Shown here: piece by piece, positions 44,101 to 52,488 of the stretch
Layout of the letters: every line of letters starts with the position of its first letter
Position numbering within the stretch: the stretch's first letter is position 1
IMG/VR virus record: IMGVR_UViG_3300037308_000217
Location: 1 to 64,000 of that record
From: a virus
DNA length: 64,000 nt
Reading direction: 5' to 3' (one strand)
The notes under the pieces: model-generated
Database searches by the model: none
The model's input: the letters and a program-made list of their open reading frames with translations, nothing else
What the model was told of the DNA's origin: nothing
Translations under genes and position numbers: made by a program

Positions 44101-46736
44101 TTGTAGATGCGCGTGAAATACTGTTCGACGCTGCACCCCGCGCAGACCCAGACGTTGTCGTGAAAGACGCTGACCCCAGACCCGTTGACGTTCGGCATCT
44201 TGGTCACGGTCACGGCATGAGGAGCGCTGAAAGTGTAGCCCCCACCCAGCGCTGCATTCAGGATCTCGGAAACCTTGTCCGACGAATTGGGATCAAACCT
44301 CACAACACCCGTGCGGCCCTGGGGAATCCAGTACAGCTTGCCGGTGCTGTCATAGTCGGCCGGGGTCGGGACATAGGTTTCCGTCGTTGGGTCCGAGTTG
44401 GTCGGGATGGTGTTGGTAAAGTAGCAGTCCGCGTGCGGAGCGCTGAGGGCGCCTTTCTTCATCTGCAACCCGGTCTGCGGACCGGGAATGTAGGGAGAAC
44501 CCGCCAAGGTCAGTTGGTTGTTGCTGTCCACCGAGGCGACCAGAGCTTTGACCTCGCCGGCCTCCCCATCCTCGAAAGTGATCCACTCGCCGGCCACCAC
44601 CTCGGCCAGCAGATTGGCATTAAGGGCCGGATTGGTCACGGTGACGTTGTCCGCAGCCAGATCCCAGGAGTCGGTGCCCGTGAGCACGGTTTTCTTGTGG
44701 ATGATCTTCCAGGTCGCCCCGCTGTCCTCGGTGTACGCCAAACCGCCCGATTGCACGCCGTCGCTCCCAAACAGAATCCAGACGCGACCAGCCACATAAT
44801 CGCAGACCACGCCCCGGGCATTCTTGGACGGCATTCCCAGCGAGCCCATGCTGGCTTGCTTGCCCCACTTCGCCGTGCAATCGGGGTAGCGGGCATTCCC
44901 GCCGGGAGCCGGGTCGATCTGGTAGACGCAGTAGCCGACCGCATCGACCGCGTCATTGGTGGTGACCCAGAGTTTGCCGACATTGTCCACCGCGATGTCC
45001 CGCCAGTGTATGATTCCGGAAGGCATATTCGTGATGTCATTGTCGGCGTAGGGGTAGTCGTACCCCTCGTTGCACAGCTCTTTCCACCGGAGCAACCCAT
45101 AAGGGGCGTAAGTCGTGTTCTCCTCCCCCAAATCGAAGATCGCCCACCGGCAGGCTTGCTGGTCGTGGATAGACCGCATTGCGGGCCGCTTGTGGAGGGT
45201 GGTCGAGGCCAGCGCCTGAATCCGCTCGGTCATCCCAGTGAGATAAAGGTCGAACCCAGTGAGAGGGCTCAGATTCGGGCTCCAGGTGCTACCGTGGCTG
45301 TACCGACGACGCCGGAAAAAGTATTCCGCGATCGGTCCAGTCCGGACTTCCCAGTAGCAGCTTCCGGACGAAAAGCTCTGGTGGATGGTACTGGCATCCG
45401 TCTGCGCGCGGCCTGAGCTGACCCCAGTGATCAGGAAAATCCCAATCGAAGTCGGCGCGGAGTTATCCCAAACTGCAATGTACTTATTGATGTCATTGGT
45501 CGTGAACTGGTAGAAATTGTCGCTCACCTCATTGGAATTGAGCGTGGAGCCTGACTTTTTCCCCTCGATGCTCCCTTCCCGCATCTCCCAGGTCAGGCTG
45601 GACTCAGCGGCCAGCAAACGACCGCAGAAACCGAACTCGGCTGCAACGTAGGCGCCGACGATCTGGAAGGACGCAGTGGCCTGGTCCGCATTGACGACCG
45701 TGTACGTCCCATTGTAGCTGGTAGTGCCGGTGATGACGACCTGGTCACCATCTTTGAAGGTGTGGCCAGAGAATACCGTGGTGCCCGGGAGCAAGACATT
45801 CAGCTTGCCGCCTCCGGCGTCATTGACTTGGACGTAGTAGGTGGACAAGGTTGCAATGCCGCCAGCCACCGCTTGAATGAAGAACGTGTTGTTGTTGACC
45901 GAGTTGGTAGCGTCCTTGACCTTGACCTTCCGCCCTACGTCGGCAGACGTGAACGTGTAGCCGCTATCCGAAAATTGGTTTGTCGCTGCGATGGTCCCGG
46001 TGTCGGTGTACGTCGCCAGAATCGGCTGCCCAGTACCACCGCTTTTGGTGATGTAGACCTGATAGGCCATCGTATAGCTGCGGTTCTCCGGAGGGCTGTA
46101 GACCCCCTGCATCGTCAGATTGCCCTGCGACACCGCCACCTGGCCCGACTCATTGAAAAACGCTGAGCGTCCGATCGGGTGCTTGAAAACATTGCCGATC
46201 GTGGTCCCAGGCAAATCAACCGAGGTGATCAGGGGCCTGCCGAAAGTGGATGCTGGGAAATTGCCGACCGTATTGGGGTCAAACCAGCTATCCAGGTGGT
46301 AGACCGCCAGATTGGCTATATTGTAGGAGGGATCTGCCATCGCCACATCTTGGCCGGCCACCGGGTTATTCCATTCATAAGTACGGAACGTCTCAAAATC
46401 CCGCACTTTATAATCCGGGCCATTTCCAGGAGTGATCCAGGGCTCTCGGTAGGTGCTGTCATTCTGCTGGAGGTAGTAATGCAGTGGATTCCACAGCATC
46501 AGGCTGCGCTCTTTGTAGTAGCGCATTCCGGAGAATCGGTTGAACCCCATGCTGGCGAACAGCTGAGCATAGTAGGGCATCGTGCCGGTGTAGACCAACC
46601 CATTGAACAGCCACGTTCTGATAGCCGCTTGGGGCGCTGCGTTGATGGGGCAGAACACGGCATCGTCCCCCACCCTGAGCGTGGCATTCCCAAACGAAAC
46701 GACAGCGGCTTTGGTCTGCGGGGATTTCATGGTCAC
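41175..46736 (-). CDS. Giant (1853 aa) tail fibre / receptor-binding protein with Asp-box (BNR-like) motifs
   Basis: Asp-box-like motifs HGSTWSP, DSGATWKI and RDGKTWDL suggest a beta-propeller. Two YNG modules are present (GDQVVITGTTSYNGTYTVV and GDAVTVTGTTNYNGQYAVV). Confidence 0.65.
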   Translation of the reverse strand: MTMKSPQTKAAVVSFGNATLRVGDDAVFCPINAAPQAAIRTWLFNGLVYTGTMPYYAQLFASMGFNRFSGMRYYKERSLMLWNPLHYYLQQNDSTYREPWITPGNGPDYKVRDFETFRTYEWNNPVAGQDVAMADPSYNIANLAVYHLDSWFDPNTVGNFPASTFGRPLITSVDLPGTTIGNVFKHPIGRSAFFNESGQVAVSQGNLTMQGVYSPPENRSYTMAYQVYITKSGGTGQPILATYTDTGTIAATNQFSDSGYTFTSADVGRKVKVKDATNSVNNNTFFIQAVAGGIATLSTYYVQVNDAGGGKLNVLLPGTTVFSGHTFKDGDQVVITGTTSYNGTYTVVNADQATASFQIVGAYVAAEFGFCGRLLAAESSLTWEMREGSIEGKKSGSTLNSNEVSDNFYQFTTNDINKYIAVWDNSAPTSIGIFLITGVSSGRAQTDASTIHQSFSSGSCYWEVRTGPIAEYFFRRRRYSHGSTWSPNLSPLTGFDLYLTGMTERIQALASTTLHKRPAMRSIHDQQACRWAIFDLGEENTTYAPYGLLRWKELCNEGYDYPYADNDITNMPSGIIHWRDIAVDNVGKLWVTTNDAVDAVGYCVYQIDPAPGGNARYPDCTAKWGKQASMGSLGMPSKNARGVVCDYVAGRVWILFGSDGVQSGGLAYTEDSGATWKIIHKKTVLTGTDSWDLAADNVTVTNPALNANLLAEVVAGEWITFEDGEAGEVKALVASVDSNNQLTLAGSPYIPGPQTGLQMKKGALSAPHADCYFTNTIPTNSDPTTETYVPTPADYDSTGKLYWIPQGRTGVVRFDPNSSDKVSEILNAALGGGYTFSAPHAVTVTKMPNVNGSGVSVFHDNVWVCAGCSVEQYFTRIYNWATPSITRYHRSVGANNWPTAMVVPTGGATLNGPRIIQEPKTGQIYIFWRSSNNGPGSPYYGRIFTDVKPVNTTYFGTCYVGGAIVPVSPDGYWPGWIGSALLSSEFDSLGLATEFVAGYFNSDTIDAVLARNGGMLTCWPWVSYRWGGTSLGWKMAPLNQTWADCDFRNAAGGPHAENVPGDGWLGHGTKRVHDFPMEMECGLLARFDQQGGGTAQADEFVIDENMTFVAALGRIKDNTMTAHYEIDSHSRPTVLRLDEPVRGIGSLWNMVGGWDGGYVDDANDQAWPVPVRGIAEATHYNATGQTNYGVNFSTHLLNNPANPHYAVTLRIHDEYAKASGAVTGLDIFNVTGVGKATANEGAIFTSADVGKTIRIEGAATGGNNTAKVITALDGASPSATVILDSVWSADENDLAWRLRNIPATGYVSYDNYFVNAGYFMPSMVYKLYSSRDGKTWDLVRETKAFNGVAANDPVEKSGATGYIDPGVYFDSHGLNPWSQNWGPADNSASRAIIFDLRALPEHQRRRCFWKVHRENPNAVGGYYAQPATMALFDSSFVPLAPAALMPSDRDDPDYLACRVEPRAILFDSVANATGVANGYGNFTDLLSVSGETIFESSLPVVRFYAGTSIVESTSTNFLIAWVGKKIRCPRAQVTGGSYTGWMTITGQTTGTRITVDRTFSSLATGSITSVTDNGGQAVFNSAGHTLVNGDAVTVTGTTNYNGQYAVVNAVAGVSFEVGAAYVSSQTGTWDKGQVSVPYQVANFGPGDFLRFDDATTVFPYLGRPLTVMSYEIKDVNSGFLQVVSPSIPLAVASHFKIERPFTKFHTPYRDDSWWVNSANFDTGFNAGMDEFYGILAVADGAQFTVGGEDAGSRTAASGADTDGDGWNDTVTISPVVASWKYTGADWLLLYNGSVNATYRKWFKIKSISSGASTVIEVYEDEIPLSENFMWKICRRRDIQTRFVRCQVTLKEPA

Positions 46737-47422
46737 ACCTCGACGAACGTGAGACGGTAAACGACCTCAAAGGTCTGCGTATTGGACTGGTAGATGTCGC
46801 TCGACAACTTGGTCGCCGCCAAGCCATGCCAATAGCGGCAGTAGGTATATGAGGTGGCCTGGTCGTTACTCACCCCCAGAGACACGATCCGGATTGTCCT
46901 CCCTGGCGCTGCGGGAGCTGCGAACGTGTAGCTGTAGGTCCAGTATTTTCCGGTGTAATTGATGGAGGCAGTGAGCACCGATGACGCGCAAGTGTCAGCA
47001 TAAGTAGCCACAAAGGCAGACCACATCTCATGGATTGGCTGGTTGTGGTTTGACAGAAAGATGCGGCAGGCATTCGAGAGGTTTCGCGGACTGTATTGGT
47101 AGTAAAACCAGTATTTCCAGAACGTGCGGAGCACGTCATTGTGCTGGGAATGCTGAGCGACGATCTCACCGGGCGCAACGGGCACGGCGGGGATGAATAA
47201 ACCCCGCTTCGCGTTGCACGCAGGGCACGAGTAGATTTGCAGCGCTGCATCCCACTCCAGCCGATCCCCGCACGCCCTGCATCGGGGCAGCTCACGAGTA
47301 GCGCACTGCACCCAGCCCTTGACCTGTGGCAGGATGGTGCCCCCGCCAGCTTTCCGGAAAAGGTCGAAAACTTGCGAGGCTTTGAGCGCGCCTTCCGGCG
47401 GGGCGATGTGCGTCAAATTCAT
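46733..47422 (-). CDS. Structural-module protein with a zinc ribbon
   Basis: CRACGDRL...CPACN. It is ATGA-coupled to the giant ORF. Confidence 0.55.
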   Translation of the reverse strand: MNLTHIAPPEGALKASQVFDLFRKAGGGTILPQVKGWVQCATRELPRCRACGDRLEWDAALQIYSCPACNAKRGLFIPAVPVAPGEIVAQHSQHNDVLRTFWKYWFYYQYSPRNLSNACRIFLSNHNQPIHEMWSAFVATYADTCASSVLTASINYTGKYWTYSYTFAAPAAPGRTIRIVSLGVSNDQATSYTYCRYWHGLAATKLSSDIYQSNTQTFEVVYRLTFVEV

Positions 47423-47431
47423 TTCCAGCTC

Positions 47432-48712
47432 CTACGGTCCAATGGGCGGGAATGAGCTGTCCATCCAGACCAGCTCTATCCCGCTTCCGGAGAATTGACA
47501 GTTGAGGGCTTGGGGGGCACTTAGCTTCACCGGCGGGTACGTCACATCGGTTTCCAGCTCATTTACCCCACCGCCCCCCAGCGCAACCTGGAGGTGCTCA
47601 GCGACACTGTTGGCGCCGAGCAAGGTCTGCGCACCCGCTACTTCCGACCGGGTCACATTGGAATGCCGGTTGTAATCCGGGTTACCCAAGGAATCCTGGG
47701 CAATCCACATCCAGTATTCCGGAATCACCGCGTAGGACGCCCCTGGGGTGATGGCGTAGTCGGTGAACTCGACGTAGTCGGTTCCGGGGGGCATGGGGGC
47801 GAAGCCGAGCACATCGGGGACCCCGCCCCAGAACTTGACCACATGGTAGCCGACCAGCAGCCAGCTCTCCAGGGTCTTGGTGGGCCGGAGAATGCGCAGG
47901 GTCACCGTCGCCTCATTCAAGGTGCCGGACACGATCCCAGGCGCAGGCGCCGCATCATAGGGCGCCATGTGCTCTACCTCCCCCGAACCGGAACCGCCCA
48001 GCGACACACTGGCATTCTCGATCTGGAATTTCTTGATCGGCGGGTAGGAAACATCGGTGGCCACCTCACCCGCGCCGGCCCCACCTATATTCGTCCGGAC
48101 CGCCGTGTCCAGGTTCCGGAGCTGGGACTGCGTTGCGGGGGTGTCCCCGGGGTCAGCCTCCATCCAGTAGATCAGGCCGTGTCGGACGAAATAGATGATC
48201 ACCTTGGCCCGGGTTTCGTCGTAGACCAGGCCCACTTGCTTCCCAGGGACCGTCAATACTTCCGGACCACGGGGGTCCAGCACCTGGAGGTAGACGTTGC
48301 CCGGACCGTCGAAAGCCGGGGGCAGCCCTGTACCGTCGTCCAGGTGCGTGCGGGCTGACCACCAATAGGTAGACGCCTTGATCATCCGGGGGACCCCAAG
48401 GTCACCCGTGGTCGTCAGCCGCTCCATCCCCACCCGGAACTGGTAGTCGAGCGTCTCGGACGGCGCCTCCGCGTGAACTTGGTAGAGGGCGCCGATCGTG
48501 AGCGGGGCCGGCGGCGTGCAGACCAAGCGATACCCGCCCGCGTGCGAGATGTAGCGCCCGCCCCAGGGGCTGTGGAATCCGGAACCACTGTCCCAGACCA
48601 CCGACCCGTTCACCTGGACCTCGGTGGGGGCCGTGGTGAAGTCGAGCATGAGCTGCTGGTTTTGGTCTACCAGCTGGTCATTCGCAGTTGGGGCAACGGC
48701 AGTGATCGTCAT
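47432..48712 (-). CDS. Baseplate/fibre protein with an Ig-like N-terminal domain
   Basis: MTITAVAPTANDQLVDQNQQLMLDFTTAPTEVQVNGSVV resembles the Big_5-like modules of 36329..39538. Confidence 0.55.
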   Translation of the reverse strand: MTITAVAPTANDQLVDQNQQLMLDFTTAPTEVQVNGSVVWDSGSGFHSPWGGRYISHAGGYRLVCTPPAPLTIGALYQVHAEAPSETLDYQFRVGMERLTTTGDLGVPRMIKASTYWWSARTHLDDGTGLPPAFDGPGNVYLQVLDPRGPEVLTVPGKQVGLVYDETRAKVIIYFVRHGLIYWMEADPGDTPATQSQLRNLDTAVRTNIGGAGAGEVATDVSYPPIKKFQIENASVSLGGSGSGEVEHMAPYDAAPAPGIVSGTLNEATVTLRILRPTKTLESWLLVGYHVVKFWGGVPDVLGFAPMPPGTDYVEFTDYAITPGASYAVIPEYWMWIAQDSLGNPDYNRHSNVTRSEVAGAQTLLGANSVAEHLQVALGGGGVNELETDVTYPPVKLSAPQALNCQFSGSGIELVWMDSSFPPIGP

Positions 48713-48715
48713 CGG

Positions 48716-49123
48716 CTACACCGGCGGCGGCAGCCGGTCTAGGCTGCGCGGTCCTGTTTTCCAGCGTGGCGGCAAAACGGAGCGCATCGCGAACGTCGAG
48801 AGGTAGTGGCTGGCCAGCATGACCGTGAGCACTGCCGACAGCAGCACGGTTTCCACCGTGTCCACATCCCGGACCAGGACGTTGTGGCCGCTGGCGGTGT
48901 CGAGGCACGGGCTGTAGACGACCAACTTGGTCGCGGACTGGGGGTAGCAGTCGATCCCCTGCCCCGGCACTCCGGAGTAGCAGGGGGCATCCGCAGTGGT
49001 GCCGGTCAGGCCGATGTGGACCCGGTGCCGATGCCCCAAGGCAAAGGTGCCGGTCAGCTCCAACCGGTGCCCGCCGTCGTAGGCGACGTAGAGCGGGCTC
49101 AGAGCCGTGACCGTCAACGCCAT
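48716..49123 (-). CDS. Small baseplate-module protein
   Basis: 135-aa ORF immediately downstream of the baseplate J-like gene. Confidence 0.5.
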   Translation of the reverse strand: MALTVTALSPLYVAYDGGHRLELTGTFALGHRHRVHIGLTGTTADAPCYSGVPGQGIDCYPQSATKLVVYSPCLDTASGHNVLVRDVDTVETVLLSAVLTVMLASHYLSTFAMRSVLPPRWKTGPRSLDRLPPPV

Positions 49124-50511
49124 CAGATCACCTGGATGTTGGCCGACGTGGTCCGGGCCAGCTGGTTGTCCAGGATCGTTACATCAGAAGTCGGGGCACT
49201 GAAAGACGCATTCATCACGCCCTGCACGGCCATCACCCGCTCGACCAGCTCATAGAAGATGACATCGCCCGAAATGGCCAGGCCGTTGATGTAGGTCTTG
49301 ATCGCCTCGCTGACCTGGCTCCGGACGGTGTCCCCGTCGTAGCCCTCAGCGATGAATAGGGCGACACCCACGTTCTGGAGCAGCACCTGGGGCACCTGGC
49401 AACGGACGATCACACCGGCCGCCCTGTAGCCCGGGTAGGTGGTCCGATCGGCCGGGTCGCCGTCCACGATCTTCTGCGCCAGCGCCACCAAGCCGGTGGC
49501 GTAGGTGTAGGTCGCCAGCACGATCTCGCCCGCGGTCAGGGCCGGGTCGAACACCACCTGGCCAGTCGCCTCATTCAGGGCGTAGTCGGTGCCCGGCGCC
49601 AGCACGCCACGGGTGCTGCTGGTCAGGATGCAGGCTGGGGTCAGGTACACCGGCTTGTTGTCCAGGTAGAGCTGGGTTTCGCCGCCGATCGCGCCGCCCC
49701 CGGTCATGTCCTCGCCGGTCGCAGTCGCGTACTGCTCAGCCGTGCCCTGCCCATCGTCGATGTAGAGGGTGACGTAGCCGCGGTTGATGGGGTCCTCGAA
49801 AGCCGTGGCGAACTTGATCTCGGCGCCCGTGACCGGGTCCACCGCCCCCAGCACCGCCGTCTCCAGCGACAGGATGGTGCTGCGGGCCAACGACGCCACC
49901 CAAGCCTTGAGCCGCTTCCGGAAAGCGTCGTCGCTCTCGCGGTCCGCCCCGTACAGCGTCGGGTCGATGTTGGTCACCTCGGTCACGCCGGCCGGCTTCT
50001 GGTCGAACTTGATGATGGTGCCCGCGGCCACGTTCCCATCGGCCCCGGCCTCGACCGCGACGACCGTGGCCGAGATGTCCCGGCCAACCCCGTGGCCCGG
50101 GACCAGCTCGGGGCTGGTCGGGGCGATCGTGGCGCTCACCGTGGTCTGGAACATCACGCCGCTGGCCGTCTTGACCTTGGTTCCGGAAGGGATGGTGGTG
50201 CTACCGACCGTGCCCGTCCGGCTGAAAACCACTTCTCCAGTGGCCTTGGAGGCCGTCAACCGGGGCAGGGTGCCCGGCTGGATGTCCTTGGCGCGCTCGT
50301 CCAAGTCCTCCCCGGTCGCGCGGTCGATCGAGAACAAGTCCTTGAGCAGCAGCATCTGATAGCCCTGCTCGGCCATTTGCCGACAAAAGATGGCCAGCAG
50401 GTGCTTGGCAATCGACGTGTCCGAAACATCGCTGAGCCCGGTGCGGGCTACCAGCATGGACAGCGCTTCGCTCAGCAGTTGTTCGTACTGGGGGATGGTT
50501 GGTTGCGGCAT
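49123..50511 (-). CDS. Baseplate J-like protein (P2 gpJ / T4 gp6 class)
   Basis: 462 aa. The N-terminal pattern YEQLLSEALSMLVARTGLSDVSDTSIAKHLL...ATGEVVFSR, its size, and its position after the gp25-like domain support the call. Confidence 0.6.
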   Translation of the reverse strand: MPQPTIPQYEQLLSEALSMLVARTGLSDVSDTSIAKHLLAIFCRQMAEQGYQMLLLKDLFSIDRATGEDLDERAKDIQPGTLPRLTASKATGEVVFSRTGTVGSTTIPSGTKVKTASGVMFQTTVSATIAPTSPELVPGHGVGRDISATVVAVEAGADGNVAAGTIIKFDQKPAGVTEVTNIDPTLYGADRESDDAFRKRLKAWVASLARSTILSLETAVLGAVDPVTGAEIKFATAFEDPINRGYVTLYIDDGQGTAEQYATATGEDMTGGGAIGGETQLYLDNKPVYLTPACILTSSTRGVLAPGTDYALNEATGQVVFDPALTAGEIVLATYTYATGLVALAQKIVDGDPADRTTYPGYRAAGVIVRCQVPQVLLQNVGVALFIAEGYDGDTVRSQVSEAIKTYINGLAISGDVIFYELVERVMAVQGVMNASFSAPTSDVTILDNQLARTTSANIQVI

Positions 50512-52443
50512 CTATGCTCCAACGGTCGTGTCCAGGCTCAGTGGCTGCGCAAACCCGCGCACCTCAGCCTGGATGTCAACCAGCAGCTGGTCTGTGGTGC
50601 CCTCCGGCTGGGTCAGCTCCACGTCCCGGACCGATGCGATGCGCCCATCGGCGGCAATCGCCTCAGAAATCCGGAAGCGGAGAATCTCCAGGTCGGCCGG
50701 CGCCAGCCCCAGAGCGATGATGCGCCGCATTCCCACGTTCCGGTACAGGATGTCAGTCCCGCGCTCGGTCCGGAGAATCGAGGTCATGGCCTGCTTGAGG
50801 TTGTCGATCCCCGACCGGGTCTGCACGTCCAGCCGTCCGGAATCGAGGTCAATCGGCACCTCAAACTGGCCGTCCGGTTCCTCGACCAGGGCGATGTCCC
50901 GCCCCAGCAAGTGCACCGGCGCCGGTTCCGTCCGCTTGACCCCCAGTACGGGCTGGGGCAGGGACTCAGTGGCCGGCTGTGAGAAGTTGGGGATGATGAT
51001 CTTCTCGCCGATGCCAAGCACACCGTCCAGAATCTCGTCATCGCTGCGCCGCTCGACCGCGGCCGCGCTCGCCTGCTCATTGACAAAGGGGGGCCGCAGC
51101 CCGTTGGCGACCGCAATCACTTCCCACAGGCGCGCATCACCCAGGAATGCGGCCGCCAGGTTGACCAGGGTGTCGCCCTGGGCAACTTCGTACTCCCGGA
51201 CGCCAGTGTACCGCGGATAGACCCGCTGCGCGCCTAGGTCGCCCTGAGCCATCTTGACCTCGCCTGGGGTCATGGTGGTGCCCAGGCGGCCCACCTCGGT
51301 CAGGGATGCCGGGGGGTCCGCAGCTTCTGCGGTCGCTGTCTCGCTTGCCGTGGCGGTCAGGAGCGGGTTGCGGGCCTCGCTGCGCTTCCGCAGCTCGATC
51401 TCGGCCGGCGTCTCAAACGCTTCCGGATGGGACGCCAGCAGGGACAGCCCCTTGATCATGGCGACCAGGGCGTGGTTGACGAAACCCTTGGACAGGTCTG
51501 TCCAGGCCACCGGGATGGCCTGCGCCGCCGACACCGTGGAAACCGCGTTGTCGATCATGTCGAGCAGCGCCGAGGTCACGGCCAAGGGCGATTGGATGAG
51601 GTCGGTGGTGCCGTCCAGAAAGTCCTGGGCCGCACCCATCACGCCGTTGCAGCCGTCCACGATCTTGGCGATGTCGGTGATCACGCCCTTCAGCTCGCCC
51701 TGGAGCCGGGACAGGTCCAGGAGCCCACCGGCCAGGATGTCGATCCCCGCCTTGACGCACGGCCGCAAGTCCTTCAGCAGCTTCAGGACGGGGTTGTCCT
51801 CCTTGTCCCAGGCCACGGTCAGCTGGCCGGCTGGCGCAACCGCCAGCAGCTCGATGTTGTACTGGTACAGCTGGCTGCCGGCGCTCCGCTCCAGCTCAAA
51901 CCGCTGGGGGACAACCAGCCAGCTTTCCTGGTCGCGGGGGTTGTGGAAGAACAGCTTGGTGCCCCCGGCCGTGGCCGGATTCTTCTTCAGCTGGCCGTAG
52001 GTCCGGAAAACCGCGTCCTGGAGGTACTGGAAATGCCGCTGGCCGCTCAGCTTGTCCGCGACCGCCGACATCAAGGTGCGGCTCCAGTCGCGCTGGTCGG
52101 GGGTCAGGGCGTTGAGCGCGCCCGTGCCCGTGCCTTTCAGGTCCCGCGGCGCCCAGCCGGTGTGGCCGCGCAGCCGGATAGTGCGCTGGACGATGCCGTT
52201 TTCCTCGACGTACAGGCCGCCGCCCTGGGTGGGGGTGGCCTCGACCGTGAAGGGCTCCCCCATGCTGTACCCCTGGGGATTGACCACCAGGGGGAACGTG
52301 AACTCGGTCTGGGCGGCCCCCCGGGCAACCTCCGGGGGGACGTGCAGCTCGAAAAAGTACAGCATTTTCTTGAGGAAATTCCGATCACCCGTGACCGCCT
52401 GCCGGTTCAGCTCGGTGACGTAAGCCATGAGGGAGTAGGCCAT
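50512..52443 (-). CDS. Baseplate protein: N-terminal domain, LysM domain and C-terminal gp25/GPW-like wedge domain
   Basis: LysM: YEVAQGDTLVNLAAAFLGDARLWEVIAVANGL. C-terminus: GIDNLKQAMTSILRTERGTDILYRNVGMRRI...ISEAIAADGRI, which is gp25-like. Confidence 0.6.
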   Translation of the reverse strand: MAYSLMAYVTELNRQAVTGDRNFLKKMLYFFELHVPPEVARGAAQTEFTFPLVVNPQGYSMGEPFTVEATPTQGGGLYVEENGIVQRTIRLRGHTGWAPRDLKGTGTGALNALTPDQRDWSRTLMSAVADKLSGQRHFQYLQDAVFRTYGQLKKNPATAGGTKLFFHNPRDQESWLVVPQRFELERSAGSQLYQYNIELLAVAPAGQLTVAWDKEDNPVLKLLKDLRPCVKAGIDILAGGLLDLSRLQGELKGVITDIAKIVDGCNGVMGAAQDFLDGTTDLIQSPLAVTSALLDMIDNAVSTVSAAQAIPVAWTDLSKGFVNHALVAMIKGLSLLASHPEAFETPAEIELRKRSEARNPLLTATASETATAEAADPPASLTEVGRLGTTMTPGEVKMAQGDLGAQRVYPRYTGVREYEVAQGDTLVNLAAAFLGDARLWEVIAVANGLRPPFVNEQASAAAVERRSDDEILDGVLGIGEKIIIPNFSQPATESLPQPVLGVKRTEPAPVHLLGRDIALVEEPDGQFEVPIDLDSGRLDVQTRSGIDNLKQAMTSILRTERGTDILYRNVGMRRIIALGLAPADLEILRFRISEAIAADGRIASVRDVELTQPEGTTDQLLVDIQAEVRGFAQPLSLDTTVGA

Positions 52444-52488
52444 GGCCCAGTAGGCTGCCAGGAATCAGGAACAGTGGCAACCCCTGGG

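Noticed and set aside
34042-48712. A diversity-generating retroelement or phase-variable fibre locus.
   Set aside because: No reverse transcriptase ORF, template/variable repeat pair or invertase was seen in or near the fibre genes.
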